DNA of 64,000 bases from Octopus sinensis (taxonomy: Eukaryota). Within the stretch, counting starts at the first letter, position 1. Each line of letters begins with the position of its first letter. The stretch spans positions 84,196,001 through 84,260,000 of the forward strand of contig NC_043005.1 in the NCBI RefSeq assembly GCF_006345805.1, written 5' to 3'. The translations under genes and the position numbers were made by a program. Positions 24,697-38,590 of the stretch are shown here, piece after piece. The notes beneath the pieces were generated by a model. That model did no database searches. It was not told the origin of the DNA and was given only the letters and a program-made list of their open reading frames with translations.

Positions 24697-24892
24697 GGAG
24701 AGCATGTTTGCATGTAGGGTAATTATATTATGAATGTGTGTGAACTGTAGTGTGTGTGTGTGTGTTTATGTGTGTATGGATGCGTGGTAATTATGTATGA
24801 ATGTGTGTGTGTGTTTATCTGAGTGTGCTTTATGTTTAAATGCATGTATGCATGTGTGTGTGTGCACAAGTGTTTGTATTGTAGCATATGCA

Positions 24893-25075
24893 TACAGGCA
24901 CAGGAGTGGCTATGTGGTAAGAAGCTTGCTTCCCATCCCAATGGTTCTGGGTTCAGTCCCACTGCATGGCACCTTGGGTAAGTGTCTTCTACTATAGCCT
25001 CAGGTGAACCAAAGCCTTGTGAGTGAATTTGGTAGACAGAAACTGTAAGAAGCCCGTCATAGATACACACATACA
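24893..25075 (+). mobile_element. Family A SINE, 5' half
   Basis: caggcacaggagtggctatgtggtaagaag..gaaactgtaagaagcccgtc. Confidence 0.85.
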
Positions 25076-26059
25076 TATATATATATAAAAGAATGTATGT
25101 ATTTATACACAAAAGAGGTGACCTTTAACAGGACACCTTAAAAGTGTGAGTGTGTATATGTGTATGGTAATTATAAATGCATATGCATGTGTTTGTGTGT
25201 GTACATGTATGTGTGTTTATATATTTGTGTGCATGTCTCAGTACATGTGAGTGTGTTTGTGCTCACAAACATGCATATGTGTATGTACATGTATGTAGTA
25301 TGCATACTAGTGTGTGTGTGTGTGTGTGTGCATTAGATTGTGTGTTTTTAATGTGTTTATGTACCTGAATCTATATGTGTGGTTGCTTATATGTGTACAT
25401 ACACAGACACATGTACGTATGCTATTGTGTGTGTTAGTATATGTACATACAAGTGACATGCTTACAGGTGTGTTGTATGGCACATGTTTTAATGCATTTG
25501 TATCTATGCATCAGTATGAGTGAGTCAGTTTTTGTATGTGTGTATGCTTGTATATGAGTATATGAATGTGTGTTCACAAAGTTATACTGACAAATACTCA
25601 CATGCATATACATGTTTCTGTATACACACACACACAAATATAAGCCAGATGCATATAAGCATACACACGCACATAAACATACACACACTGATGTACACAT
25701 GCAAACCCATACAAACGGCTGCCTGCGTGTACATGTGTGAGCACATGGGCAACGTGTGTCGCATGTTCACCTTCAGGGAATTTCCTAAGAAATGCTTGGA
25801 CAGATAAGATATCCTGTTATCTAAACATCCTCACAGTTGCTGGACCAGAACCAAATTTATGATGAAAGAAGAACAAATAGCCAGCTATATTAATTTGCAT
25901 CTCAACTGGTTGTTGTTACTGCTGCTGTTGTTGTTGTTTAGGCTTTGGTCAGTCTTGACCAAGCATGGCCATAAGTAAAGGCAGTCCTATTATGACCATC
26001 ACATTTTATCTATTTATCAACATCAAAATAAATATCAAATGGAAATTGTAGTTCTGATA

Positions 26060-26362
26060 TCTAAGCCGGTGGCATGTAAAAAGCACCATCCGAATGTGGG
26101 CAGTGCCAGCATCGTCTTGACTGGCTCCTGTGCCAGTGGCACGTAAAAGCACCAACCGATCGTGGCTGCTGCCAGCCTCCTCTGGCACGTAAAAAGCACC
26201 CACTACACTCATGGAGTGGTTGGTGTTAGGAAGGGCATCCAGTGTAGAAACACTGCCAGATCAGACTGGAGCCTGGTGCAGCCTCATGGCTTCCCAGACC
26301 CCAGTTGAACCGTCCAACCTGTGCTAGCACAGAAAATGAACATTAAATGATGATGATGATGA
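26060..26362 (+). mobile_element. Family D retroposon
   Basis: gccggtggcatgtaaaaagcacc subrepeats; ttaggaagggcatccag; aacattaaatgatgatg tail. Confidence 0.87.
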
Positions 26363-26399
26363 TCTATTTAATTTTTTCAGACATAGCATGTCTAAGACA

Positions 26400-26703
26400 G
26401 TGGAGGCACATGGCCTAGTGGTTAGAGCAGTGGAGTCACAGTCGAGGGATCGCGGGTTTGAATCTCAGACCGGGTGATGTGTGCGTTTATGAGTGAAATG
26501 CCTAAGCTCCACGCAGCTCTGGCAGAAGGTAATGGCGAACTTCTGCTGACTCTTTTGCCACAACTTTCTCTCACTCTTACCTCCTGCATCTTGCAGCTCA
26601 CCTGCAACGGACCGGCATCCTGTCCAGGTGGGGAACCTATACACCAAGTAAACTGGGAAACTGGCCCTTATGAGCCAGGCATGGCTCAAGAAGGAAGAAA
26701 CAA
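26400..26703 (+). mobile_element. Family C-type SINE with an alternative 3' tail
   Basis: Head tggcctagtggttagagc..gggtttgaatctc; middle cctaagctccacg..caactttctctcactctt as in C; different tail gcaacggaccggcatcctgtccagg. Confidence 0.8.
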
Positions 26704-27469
26704 GAATATCTGAGACATCATCCAATGTCTTCTTTTTCAAAGAGTGAGCCAAAAATCATAGCCTGATTGCATATTGCAACCTGCAGGCAAAATCTGGTGG
26801 CTTCAACTGTTACACTAACTGCAGTTCTATATTTTGTGATTTTGGCCCACACTATACAGGGTGGTGCAAAAGTAAGCTGGTGCTCCAGTATGGCCTCAGT
26901 CTAATGACTGAAACAAGTAAAAGATGAAAGAGATAGATAGATAGATGGATGGAAATATAGATGGATTGATGGATGGGTGGGTGGATAGAAGTACAGGTAT
27001 GTCAAATACCATGCAACAGAAATTCTTGATTTGTTAAAATCATGTCCACTCTTAAGAGGATGTACCAAAAGTACCGAATGCTAATTGATAATCTCAAGAT
27101 TTAGGAATTCTCCAAAGCTGACGTTCCATTAAGGAAAAGAACAGGCTTATTGTGTGGAGAATAGAGGACTATTGTGGACATGTTTCTGGCTCAATAGTTG
27201 TCATCAGCACAGCAGTTGTCCAACCCTATCTGTAGTAGCCGAAGGAATTAGACTAATAAAAAAAGTGTGTGTGTGTGTGCTGGTGCCATGAAAAGAGCAT
27301 CCAGTACACTCTGTAAAGTGGTTGGCATTAGGAAGGGCATCCAGCTATAGAAACTTTACCAGAGCAAACATTAGAGCCCAATGCAGCCCTTAGGTTAATC
27401 AGACCCTGTTGTCAAACCATCCAGCCCTGCATAGAAAGGGGAACGTTACATAATGAAGATAATATATAT

Positions 27470-27830
27470 AGGCACAGGTGTGGCTGTGTGGTAAGAAGCA
27501 TGCTTCCCAACCACATGGTTCCGGGTTCAGTCTCACTGCGTGGCACCTTCGACAAATGTCTTCTACTATAGTCTTGGGCCAACCAAAGCCTTGTGAGTGG
27601 ATTTGGTAGACTGAAACTGATGTATATGTATATGTTTGTGTTTGTGTGTTTGTCTTCCTATCATTGCTTGACAACCGATGTTTGTGTTTATGTCCCTGTA
27701 ACTTAGTGGTTCAGCAAAAGAGAACAATAGAATAAGTAGTAGGTTTACAAAGAATAAGTCCTGGGGTCGATTTGTTCAACTAAAAGTGGTGCTCCAGCAT
27801 GGCCACAGTCAAATGACTGAAACAAAAAAA
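27470..27830 (+). mobile_element. Full-length family A SINE
   Basis: Head to gactgaaacaa tail; inverted head copy at 28005-28156. Confidence 0.9.
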
Positions 27831-27927
27831 ACATATATATATGTATGTATATATGTATACATGTATATATATGTATATATATACATACATATATATATAT
27901 TATATATATATATATATATATACATAC

Positions 27928-27959
<32 letters not shown>

Positions 27960-27965
27960 CATACA

Positions 27966-28000
<35 letters not shown>

Positions 28001-28835
28001 ATGACATTCTTTCAGTTTCCATCTACTGAATCCACTCATAAGGCTTTGGCTGCCTAGTTCTTTAGTAGAAAACATTTGCCCAAGGTGTCATACAGTGGGA
28101 CAGAACCTGAAACCTTGGGAAGCAAATTTCTTAACCACACGGCCATGCTTGTGCCTCACATAAATCTATACAGGTTCCAGACATAAAAAAAAAATAAAAA
28201 AACAAAATATGTAAAACAAAAGAATAAAGCTGTATAAAAACAATAAAAAAGAACTTATATTTTGAATCACTTTTTAATTTGAAACAAATTTTTTTTCCAT
28301 TACCCAATATTGAATATATTTCCTTTGGAAGACTTTAACCAAATATTCTCATTTCACTGAGAGTAAATATATTTCTAGATATTATGATGCCATTAATAAA
28401 GAGCTGAAATGGTTCAGTTGAGCTGGTGTTAGACTGAAGGTCTAAAGGTTGTTGGGGGGCACTGTCTGTTTTGGTATTGGAATTAATAATAATCGAAATA
28501 TTCATAGTTTCACTTATTTATTTTTATTTAGAGAGGGTTACAGAAAGGGAAAGTTTTATTCAATTACATATATACATATTGTCACGTAATCCTCATTATA
28601 ATATCTCTCTCCTCTCCTTCTCTCTTTCTCGCTCTATATATACATACATACATACATACATATAATATATACATAATATATATACACACACACACATTCT
28701 TTACTCTCTTCAAGGTGAAGGAGGAAAAAGTACACTCTCTCTCTCTCTCCTCTCTCTATATATATATATATATAATATATATATATATATCTTATATATT
28801 ATATATTATATATATATATATATACTTCTATATAG

Positions 28836-28877
<42 letters not shown>

Positions 28878-29706
28878 TAATCTGTGTGGGTGTGTGCATG
28901 GAAGTTCCTTTAGCCTTTGAATAATTATTTCCATTTTGTATTGTTTTCTCTTTATATATCTTTATATTTCTATCTATTTTAAATAATACTATCTTTGCTA
29001 TTTTGCGGTGACTATCTTTTGAGATGCATAAATACACATACATGTGCACACGTGTGTGTATGTGTACGTGTGTATACATATTGTCTCATTCTCTATGTTG
29101 GCATAATATGCATTATAGCAACAATCAGTCACCAAATCTTTGAAACAGCTGTAAAGATCTACCTTAATCTTATAATATGTGTATGTGTAACATCTCATAT
29201 ACCTGAATTCCTGCCATTGCTAATTGTTTGTCCATCTTTTGTAGCTACATATACTGCTTTATATATATTTTTTAAAATCTCATTATCAAAAGATTAGAGT
29301 ATATTCCTTGTCTTAAAAGTGGCCTCAAATAAGGAATCAATTAGGTCCTCTTGGAACTGATTCAGATATGCCTCTGAACCCTCTGAGTCATACTATTATC
29401 TATGAAATTTTAAAGTTATTTAAAGTTAAGGGATTATTTGGAATACCTGTTAAAGTCTAGAAATGATGCCAAAACCAAAATTTATGCAGAAGTCTCTCTG
29501 CACAGATCTGTTCATCTACTTACAGATCAGTCACCATCTCACCGTTGTTAAGGTCAGCTACACCCACCACACACATGTACACACATACACATACATGCAC
29601 ACATACACATTCAATCACACACACACACACTCACATATGCACATACACACACTCACACATATACGTGCACACAGAGAGAACCATATTGAAGCGGTATTTG
29701 AATTAA

Positions 29707-30124
29707 GGCAGCGAGCTGGCAGAATCATTAGCACGCCAGACGAAGTGCTTAGTGGTATTTCGTCTGCTGCTATGTTCTAAGTTCAAATTCTGCTGAGGTC
29801 AACTTTGCCTTTCATTCTTTTGGGGTCGATTAAATAAGTACCAGTTACGCACTGGGGTCGATGAAATCAACTTAATCTGTTTGTCTGTCCTTGTTTGTTC
29901 TCTTTGTGTTTAGCCCCTTGTGGGTAGTAAAGAAATAGGTATTTCGTCTGCTGCTATGTTGTGAGTTCAAATTCTGCCGAGGTCAACTTTGCCTTACATC
30001 CTTTTGGGGTCGATTAAATAAGTACCAGTTATGCACTGGGGTCGATGAAATCGACTTAATCCGTTTGTCTGTCCTTGTTTGTCCTCTCTGTGTTTAGCCC
30101 CTTGTGGGTAGTAAAGAAATAAGT
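29707..30124 (+). mobile_element. Family B SINE with tandemly duplicated body
   Basis: ggcagcgagctggcagaatc..gttcaaattc..ggggtcgattaaataagtaccag..gtagtaaagaaatag, body repeated from 29936. Confidence 0.9.
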
Positions 30125-31160
30125 ATTTGAATCATTTAGTATATAACACAGGGTGCAGCAAAAGACCCCTCTTAGATGCACCATTCCTGATAGACATAAA
30201 TCTGGGAGTTCTTTTTTTTTGCTGCATCCCTATATTTAATGTGTGTCTGTATGAGAGAGTCCCCTGACTGTTTTGAGACAAACGAAAGGCCTATATATTC
30301 CTGATCTCTTTTAGTCGATCCTTCAAATAACAAAGACATCACAGTCATTGACATTGTATTTGGTAGCAGAGGTGTTATTGGTGGTGCTTGTGGCATCCAC
30401 GTTGGGGATAGTGGGAGTGGTAATGTCATCGTCATCGTCTTCATTATTATCATCATCATCATCACCATCAATAACATTGTGCATAATAAGAAATAATTGA
30501 ACATTCTATATGACCTACCACCCACCCCCACTGCATCAATATTACTACTATTCTCACTACTCACTCACCCACATTGCTTGTGCACACACACACACACACA
30601 CAGATCTCTCTTTAAACCACTTCAAGACACACAGACACACACATGGACACCAGCACTCAAACACACAAACATAAATACAATGATAGACACACACACACAC
30701 ACACAGAATTGACACATACACATATGGACACAATGACACACATAAGACACAATCACACACACACACACACACACAGAATTGACACATACACATATGGACA
30801 CAATGACACACATAAGACACAATCACACACACACACACACACACGCATGCACTGCTTGCATCTATCTCAAAGCTGCTTCCAGACATTCTCTTTTTCTCAC
30901 CTTTGTTGGTTTGACCCTTCACCCAATGTCCAGTTGGTGCCACATCACAGACTCCATTCAAACTCAATATACTTTCCCTCTGGTGTCACTACAAAATCAT
31001 TCTTACACAGAAATCATTATTTTATGTCTCCGTCCTTTTCCTCTCTCTCTCTCTCTCTCTTCACAATGGATGTTCAATGTCCAAATTAAATTCCAGCAAT
31101 GCAAGAAATATTATATTTAATAAAGTGTAAGGCACTCACATACCTTTCTTTTCTTTGTGT

Positions 31161-31208
<48 letters not shown>

Positions 31209-31302
31209 TATATACATATATATATATACATATTAGAGGGAAACCACTATGTGGACACCCTTATGCTAGAAATAGATCCGCTATGGTCATATATATATAT
31301 AC

Positions 31303-31830
31303 ACTGTGCCGGTGGCACGTAAAAAGCACCCACTACACTCGTGGAGTGGTTGGCGTTAGGAAGGGCATCCAGCTGTAGAAACACTGCCAGACCAGGCTGG
31401 AGCCTGGTGCAGCCCCTGGCTTCCCAGACCCCGGTCGAACCGTCCAACCCGTGCTAGCGCGGAAAACGGACGTTAAACGATGATGATGATGATGTGTGTG
31501 TGTGTGTGTGTGCATATGTATGTATGTGTGTGTGCATAAACATATGACTATGTATATACCTCTCTCCTTATACAAACATACATGCACACATACATATATG
31601 TATCATCATCATCATCATCATGGTTTAACGTCTGCTTTCTATGCTGGCATGGGTTGGACGATTTGACTGAGGGCTGGCAAACCAGAGGCTGCAACAGGCT
31701 CAATCTGATCTGGCAAAGTTTCTACAGTTGTATGACATTCCTAATGCCAACCACTCCGAGAGTGTAGTGGGTGCTTTTACATGCCACTGGCATGAGGGCC
31801 ACTCAGGCGGTTCTGGCAATGACCAAAAGG
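31303..31830. mobile_element. Inverted pair of family D copies (31303-31492 plus; 31603-31830 minus)
   Basis: Tails gttaaacgatgatg and catcatcatggtttaacgtc face each other across about 110 bp of microsatellite. Confidence 0.87.
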
Positions 31831-32750
31831 TGTTTTTATATGTTTGAAGGATTAGAAAAAAATCAGAGACAAAGAGAAAAGTACAGATAAACGAGTGGGA
31901 AATAGTGGGCGTTAAAGAAAGGGAGGGGCAAGAAATGTGAAAGGAGGGGAGTGAGAAAAAGGAAGAAAAATGAGAGGGGAAATAAAAGAGAGAGTAAGAG
32001 TCGTACAAAATTTAAATACACATACAAAATTGTCACTAATTGTGACTGAGGGTGCAGGGCAGCACCTATGTTGCTAGAAATAAGAAGTAAAAAAACTGTC
32101 TTAGTCTGAAAGAAGCACAAGTCTATGTACAGAGAGGGGAGCTAACTGTCCCACAGGAAGTGAGAACATCAGATTAAAATTCTAGTTTCATCTGAAATTG
32201 AAGCTCTACGGTGATGGCTCCTCTGGCGCTGAATGGTTTGGTCAAATCCCAACTGTCAGAATATATTACTGACCACATGAATCAGTGGCGGATTCAGCAA
32301 AATGATAATGTGAAAATTATAAAATAATGAAGGTAGCTATACACAATATAAACCACATAGGAAGAATTCATTTGTTACTAATTGTGACTGACGGTCAGTC
32401 ATGATTAGTGACGACTGAATTCTTCCTTTTTGGTTTTATGTTGCTTAGAGCTGCCTTCTTTATTTCATATATATATACATTTTAGTGGGCGTTTGTGTAA
32501 TATTTAATATTTCATATATTCATTTCACTAATCTTGGATCCCCTCGATAATGTCGTGTTAACATATTTTTTCGGAAATATTAATATTAATGATATTTTAT
32601 TTTTGTGTGCACATGTGTGTGTGTGTGGTGTGTGCGCACATGTGTGTGTGTGTGTGTGTGTCTATATGTTAATGCAATAGAAACAACTATTGGCTTTATA
32701 AGGTGAGATCTGTAATAACGATATAATTTTCTCTATACTTATTTTTTGTT

Positions 32751-33407
32751 CAGTTCTATATTTCAGAGATGAGCAATTATTTACATTTGACGGATATCTA
32801 TCCTCATCTTGATTGTTGTTAACACAATGTTTTGACCGATATACCTTCCAGCCTTCATCAGGTGTCTTGGGGAAATTTTGAACCTGGATTCTCATTCCTA
32901 AGGTATTTTTCGATGATGATGATGTTTTTGTTGTTGTTTTCTTCTTCTTCTTTTTCTTATTTTATGTTTGACTTTTGCTTTACTTTACAAGTTGGCTCCA
33001 AGTTTCACCCAGAGTTGGTCTTGTACATAGTGTTGTTCTAGAGAATGTTTAAGAAACCATAAGAAAATTATGTGTTTGTTTTAAAATTTGAAATTGCATA
33101 GTCAATATTTTATGTAGGATATAGGCAGTTCCCATGAGCACTATTTTTTGAATTTCTACCATTTTGGGGTTTCCTGGTATCTGAACTAGGTATTATTATT
33201 ATTATTATTATTATTATATTATTATTATTATCATTATTATTATTATCATTCAGGTCATTGCCTGGAATCAAACTCGGAATCTTGGGGTTAATAGTCTGAG
33301 CTGTTAACCACAACACCATATGCCTGTGACATATATATAACATTGAAAAATACCTTAGGAATGAGAACCCAGGTTCGAAATTCCCCCAAGACACCTGATG
33401 AAGGCTG
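32751..33407. mobile_element. Third family F locus: minus arm 32751-32912, insert, (ATT)n, minus tRNA-like head 33251-33327, truncated plus arm 33339-33407
   Basis: Same order and orientation as the 16.5-kb locus; the plus arm ends at gacacctgatgaaggctg. Confidence 0.82.
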
Positions 33408-33896
33408 CTCACTAAGCCAGCAGGGTGGTGTCATTTGAAGGCTAAAACAATGTGAAATGCATTGTGACCAGTGGTGTGTAGCAACATCTGATAGCCTGGT
33501 CGGTCATGGTGATATATATATATATATACCATTAATATTTTTTACTGGATTTTAAAAATCATCAGTTTACCACAAAACCATTCGCACCAAAAGCACATAA
33601 AAGTTTGTTTACAAAAAACAACTACAAACTAAAAATAGTTCTTAAGTTTGACAGAAACAGGGAGGCTAATTTGCTGGTGTAATAGTAACAAATTTAGTTG
33701 TGTTAACAAAACAATATGCGTTTGTGTCCTATGCAGATGGGAAAGTCTACTTTTATTATGTCCCATCATTAGACTATTTCCCTTCGTCCTTGCACGGTGA
33801 TTACTATAAGCTTTAAGCTTATATAAATACCAATATCATTAATTACAGAATTGTAAAACTCAGCACCGTATAACAAAACCATTCACGCATACATAT

Positions 33897-34260
33897 TATC
33901 ATCATCAGCATTGTTTAACGTCCACTTTCCATGCTAGCATGGGTTGGACGATTTGACAGGACTGGCGAACCAGATGGCTGCACCAGGCTCCAATCTTGAT
34001 CTGGTAGAGTTTCTACAGCTGGATGCCCTTCCTAACGCCAATCACTCTGACAATGTAGTGGGTGCTTTTAAAGTGCCATTGGCACGAGGGCCAGTCTGGC
34101 AGTACTGGCAACGACCTCGCTCGAATGTTTTGTTCACGTGCCACTGGCACAAGTGCTAGTGAGGCGATGCTGACAATGATCATTCTCAAATGGTGCTCTG
34201 TTACGTGCCAGACAGATGCTCTGGCAGTGATCCCGCTTGAATGGAGCTGTTAGCGCTCCA
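33897..34260 (-). mobile_element. Family D retroposon with subrepeats
   Basis: tttaacgtccactttccatgctagcatgggttggacg..ggatgcccttcctaacgccaa. Confidence 0.85.
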
Positions 34261-34402
34261 CTGGCATGGGTGCAAGTCATTGAATTTTGTTCAATTTCGA
34301 TTATATATATCTATATATATATATTATATATATATTATATAAATCTTTGCTGAACCCTAATTATAAAATATATATATATTATATATTATATATATATATA
34401 TA

Positions 34403-34560
34403 CTTTATTTTAAGCAGCAGAAAATTCAACAAAATCTGTTACTCTGAGTTTCTCGTTGCCGTTCATCAGACAGTTTTTGCTAGCAAAAACTGTCTGATGA
34501 ACGGCAACGAGAAACTCAGAGTAACAGATTTTGTTGAATTTTCTGCTGCTTAAAATAAAG
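34403..34560. repeat. Perfect 158-bp palindrome (79-bp arms, no spacer)
   Basis: 34403-34481 is the exact reverse complement of 34482-34560; centre gct|agc. Confidence 0.97.
34486..34532 (+). ncRNA. Type-I HHR motif in the palindrome arm (mirror copy 34431-34477 on minus)
   Basis: AAAACUGU-CUGAUGA-A-CG-GCAA-CG-A-GAAA-CU-CAG-A-GUA-ACAGAUUUU; GNRA-capped stem II with an A.A mismatch at 10.1/11.1; GUA triplet. Confidence 0.62.
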
Positions 34561-34802
34561 CATATTACTCTACCACTGGTATTTGAGTACTCTTTTTTCC
34601 ACCTTGTTTCACATTTATGTGTTTACTCCGGTATATATATATATATAGGTGCAGGTATGACTGTGTGGTAAGAAGTCTGTTTCCCAACCACATGAACTAG
34701 ATTCAATCCCACAATGTGATAGTTTGTGCAAATGTCTTTTACTGTAGCCCCAGGCTGACCAAAGCCTTTTGAAAGAATTTTGCAAACAAACTGAAAGAAG
34801 CT

Positions 34803-34842
<40 letters not shown>

Positions 34843-35379
34843 TATTTTGGTTGAGTTTCACCTGTGAGTGCATAAGATCTTCAGGCAAGTCATTATCTTC
34901 AGGATCTTCATTCATAGCCTGCTTAAAGATCATGTGCACTCACAAATGAAACTCAGAGTAGCAAGAGACTGACTTGACCAAAATAATGTAATTCATAAAT
35001 CTTTATTATGGCATTGAGTTATCCTTTTTCTTATGTACATATGTAAAAATATACACATAGAAAGAGAGAGATAGAGAGAAGGGGAGAGAAAGTTTGTAAG
35101 GTAGATAACCACAGCTAAGATTGAGACATATTTTTATATGGAGCATAATATACAGATTGCAAAATCTCGACAGCTGTTTCAAGATGGCTATAACTAACGT
35201 AATAATCATATTTATAAGTGATATGTGCAATGATGTCATGGGCGCATGCCCAGCAACAAGTCCAGATGCAACTTTTTAATAAGTTAGGCAGCCCCTTTCA
35301 AGAGCATAATGACACACACACATACTTACACATATACGTACGTTTATACACATATATATATAAACATATATATACACAC

Positions 35380-35570
35380 ATCATCATCATCACTTAACGT
35401 CTGCTTTCCATGCTGGCATGGGTTGGACGGTTTGACCAAGGACTGGCAAGCCAGGAGGCTGCACCAGACTCCAATCTGATTTGTCAAGGTTTCTACAGCT
35501 GGATGCCTTTCCTAATGCCAACCACTCTGAGTGTGTAGTGGGTCCTTTTTATGTGCCACCAGCACAGGAG
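35380..35570 (-). mobile_element. Family D retroposon
   Basis: catcatcatcacttaacgtctgctttccatgctggcatgggttggacgg. Confidence 0.85.
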
Positions 35571-35688
35571 CACACACACACATATAAATACATGTATATA
35601 TCTATATACATGCACACATATACATATGAATAATGTGTATGCATGTATGAAAATATATGCATACACACATGCATACATATATACACAT

Positions 35689-36086
<398 letters not shown>

Positions 36087-36331
36087 GGAAAATATGTTGT
36101 CTATTGACTTTTTAAACATGCTAGGCCACTGGTAGAAAAATTTCTATAATTTTGCCATCCTATATTATTTTAAGTATATATATATATAATTTTCTGCTTT
36201 AAAAGTTGGTGGTTTTTTTATTACCGGTGAAGGACTGCGGCTGTGCAGTAGATTTTGAAAAAGTTAGGACGTATAAACACAGGGCAAGTAGTTTTGATCA
36301 TCCCATGTGTATATGTTTAACCCTAGGTGGT

Positions 36332-36403
36332 CCTGCTGAAGAAGATTGCACCTAGCGAGTTCCTTGACTCGCTAAACTAAAATCAGAAACCAATTGTTCC
36401 AGG
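36332..36403 (+). ncRNA. HHR-like motif with a long stem II
   Basis: CCUG-CUGAAGA-A-GAUU..UAGCGAGU-UCCUUG-ACUCGCUA..AAUC-A-GAAA-CCAAUUG-UUC-CAGG; stem III is one substitution from palindromic ACCAAUUGGU/GUC. Confidence 0.55.
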
Positions 36404-37445
36404 TAACTAGATGGTAAAATGTTTTTCATTTTTCAATTCGTTCCTGTCGTTTTTTATCCCTAATTTTTGTGGTTATAGAACCTAGCTGTTCTTTCTAGCA
36501 TGTTGAATTCCTATAAGTGGATTCCTTATGTGTTTAAATATACACTATATCGTATGACATATATATATACATACACACACACGCACACTCGGACACCCAC
36601 ACATCTACATCCACATACAGGTATGTATGAATGGTTCTGTTCCTTCTCACTTCTGCAGTCACAATGTTTAGGGACATAATTTAATCCAATTACATAAATA
36701 TTCTTTAGGTTTTATTGCAGCATTTCTGTCTGTTTGTCTGCCTGTCTGCCTCTCACAACAGTGCTACAGAGATGCTGTTGGTTTAGCTAAACCTTGGATG
36801 GTGGTGGGTGAAGGAAGGAAGTGATAGCTGAAGCACAAAGTGGGGTGTGTGACAGAGAGGGGGTAGGAAAACAAACAGACAGATAGAAGTGGGGTGAATG
36901 GTAAAAGATTGGAAGAGAATGGTATAAAAAAAATAGAGGTATTAAGAATAACATAATAGATAGACAGATAATAAAATAAGATAAATATGTCTACAAGACA
37001 GCCGTACATACACACAGGAAGACAGACAGGCATACATTCACAATGCCAGACAAACAGACAGACAAATCAAAAGATGGTGCACAATAGTATGTTTATACAA
37101 TTGGTGATCTATAGAAATAAGTTTCCAAGGAAGGTGTTGTGATGTTTTTGTTATCGAGAGACAGAACAGAAAAGGTGGGTTTTATTATTAGTATCAAAAA
37201 TCATTATCCTCACCTGTCTGCTAGGTGAGCAATGTTCCAGTGGAATCTATACATTGGTATTTTGTTGAGAAACTAGTGGTGAGGAATAAGGAAAATGGTC
37301 TTCGGGGAAAGTCTGGGTGTTGACAAGAATCAAGTCACTGGTCTGTTATGAAGGATTTTTGATCCAGGACTGTAGATAACTTCCAGAAACTTCTGCCCTA
37401 TTCTACATTAGCATTTTGTTGGTGAAAGTGTGTAATTTAGTGGTT

Positions 37446-37712
37446 TGGGTATTCGGCTCACAACTGTAAGGCTGTGAGTTCAATACCTGGTGGAGCAAGA
37501 CACTTTATTTCATGTTGCTCCAGTCCTCTTACCTGGTAAAAATGGCTGGCCTTGTCACATTCTATGTCACACTGAATCTTCCCAAGAACTATGTTAAGGG
37601 TACACGTGTCCGTGGAGTACTGAGCCACCTGCATGTTAATTTCACGAGCAGGCTGTTCCATTGATTGGATAAACTGGAACCCTTGTCAGCATAACCAATG
37701 GTGTGTCAGTTA
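37446..37712 (+). mobile_element. Family C1 SINE
   Basis: gtgagttcaatacc..gagcaagacactttatttcatgttgctccag..gttaatttcacgagcaggctgttcc. Confidence 0.82.
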
Positions 37713-38332
37713 AGCATTTTGTTGAGTACAAATGATGAGGAAGGAAAGCGAACTTCTTTGGGAAAATCTGGATATTGACAAGAATCAAGTCCCTGAATTA
37801 CTATGAAGAACTTTTGATCCAAGTTCTGAGGGTAACTTCCAGAAGTTTCTGGTCTCTTCTATAGTATTTTGTAAAGGAACAGTGGAGAACAACAAGATTT
37901 TGTCAGGTAGACTCAGTGCATATTTGGTTGATTTGATGATAACCCTTAAATCACAATCTAAAAGCTGCTGGCTTCACACACATGAAATGTTTTTCAGTCA
38001 AACTGGGATAGATACCATATAGACATTAAACGAATCTTAGTCTTCCAATTCAAATCAGATACATTCAAGATGTTGTTTTAAACAAGTACTCAAAATTCAT
38101 TCTGATGCATAGATCTGGTTTTGAAAGTAAGCTCTTCATTTCTTCAGAGTCCATGCAATAAAATGCCTTCAGAAGGCAATAAATGCCTTCTGAACAAGTG
38201 TGTGCTTGCATTAACCTTATTTTAAACTGAGTTGGGACACTTTTGCTGGTTTAGGTGTTATTAAATAAGTGCATAGCTTATACATGAGTAAAAACAGTAA
38301 ACAGCTCGTCATTGTTCTTCACTATATACATA

Positions 38333-38590
38333 CATCGGGGCTGGATTAAGACCCCTAGAGACCCCGAGCACTTAAAAGATTTTGGTACCCCCATATATAT
38401 GTATTTCAAAATATAAACAGTAATAAACCATAAAATAATTTTTTATTTTTCAAAAGGAAACAAAACTAAAAGTAAGACAGAAAACGATGTTGCTTTATAC
38501 TTGAAAAGTTTTCTCGTACTTTTTATCAATTGCAAAGTCTTTCGTCAGATCTTCAAAATTAATCTTATGTAACACATCTGATAATTATAT
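38333..38590 (-). mobile_element. hAT transposon 3' end relic
   Basis: Minus strand SDVLHKINFEDLTKDFAIDKK.. resembles the end of the hAT C-terminal dimerisation domain (recalled); terminus ca-ggggctggattaag of hAT style. Confidence 0.55.

Noticed and set aside
30690-30845. 70-bp duplicated CA-rich unit (and similar units at about 54230-54760)
   Set aside because: Ordinary slippage duplications within microsatellite fields.
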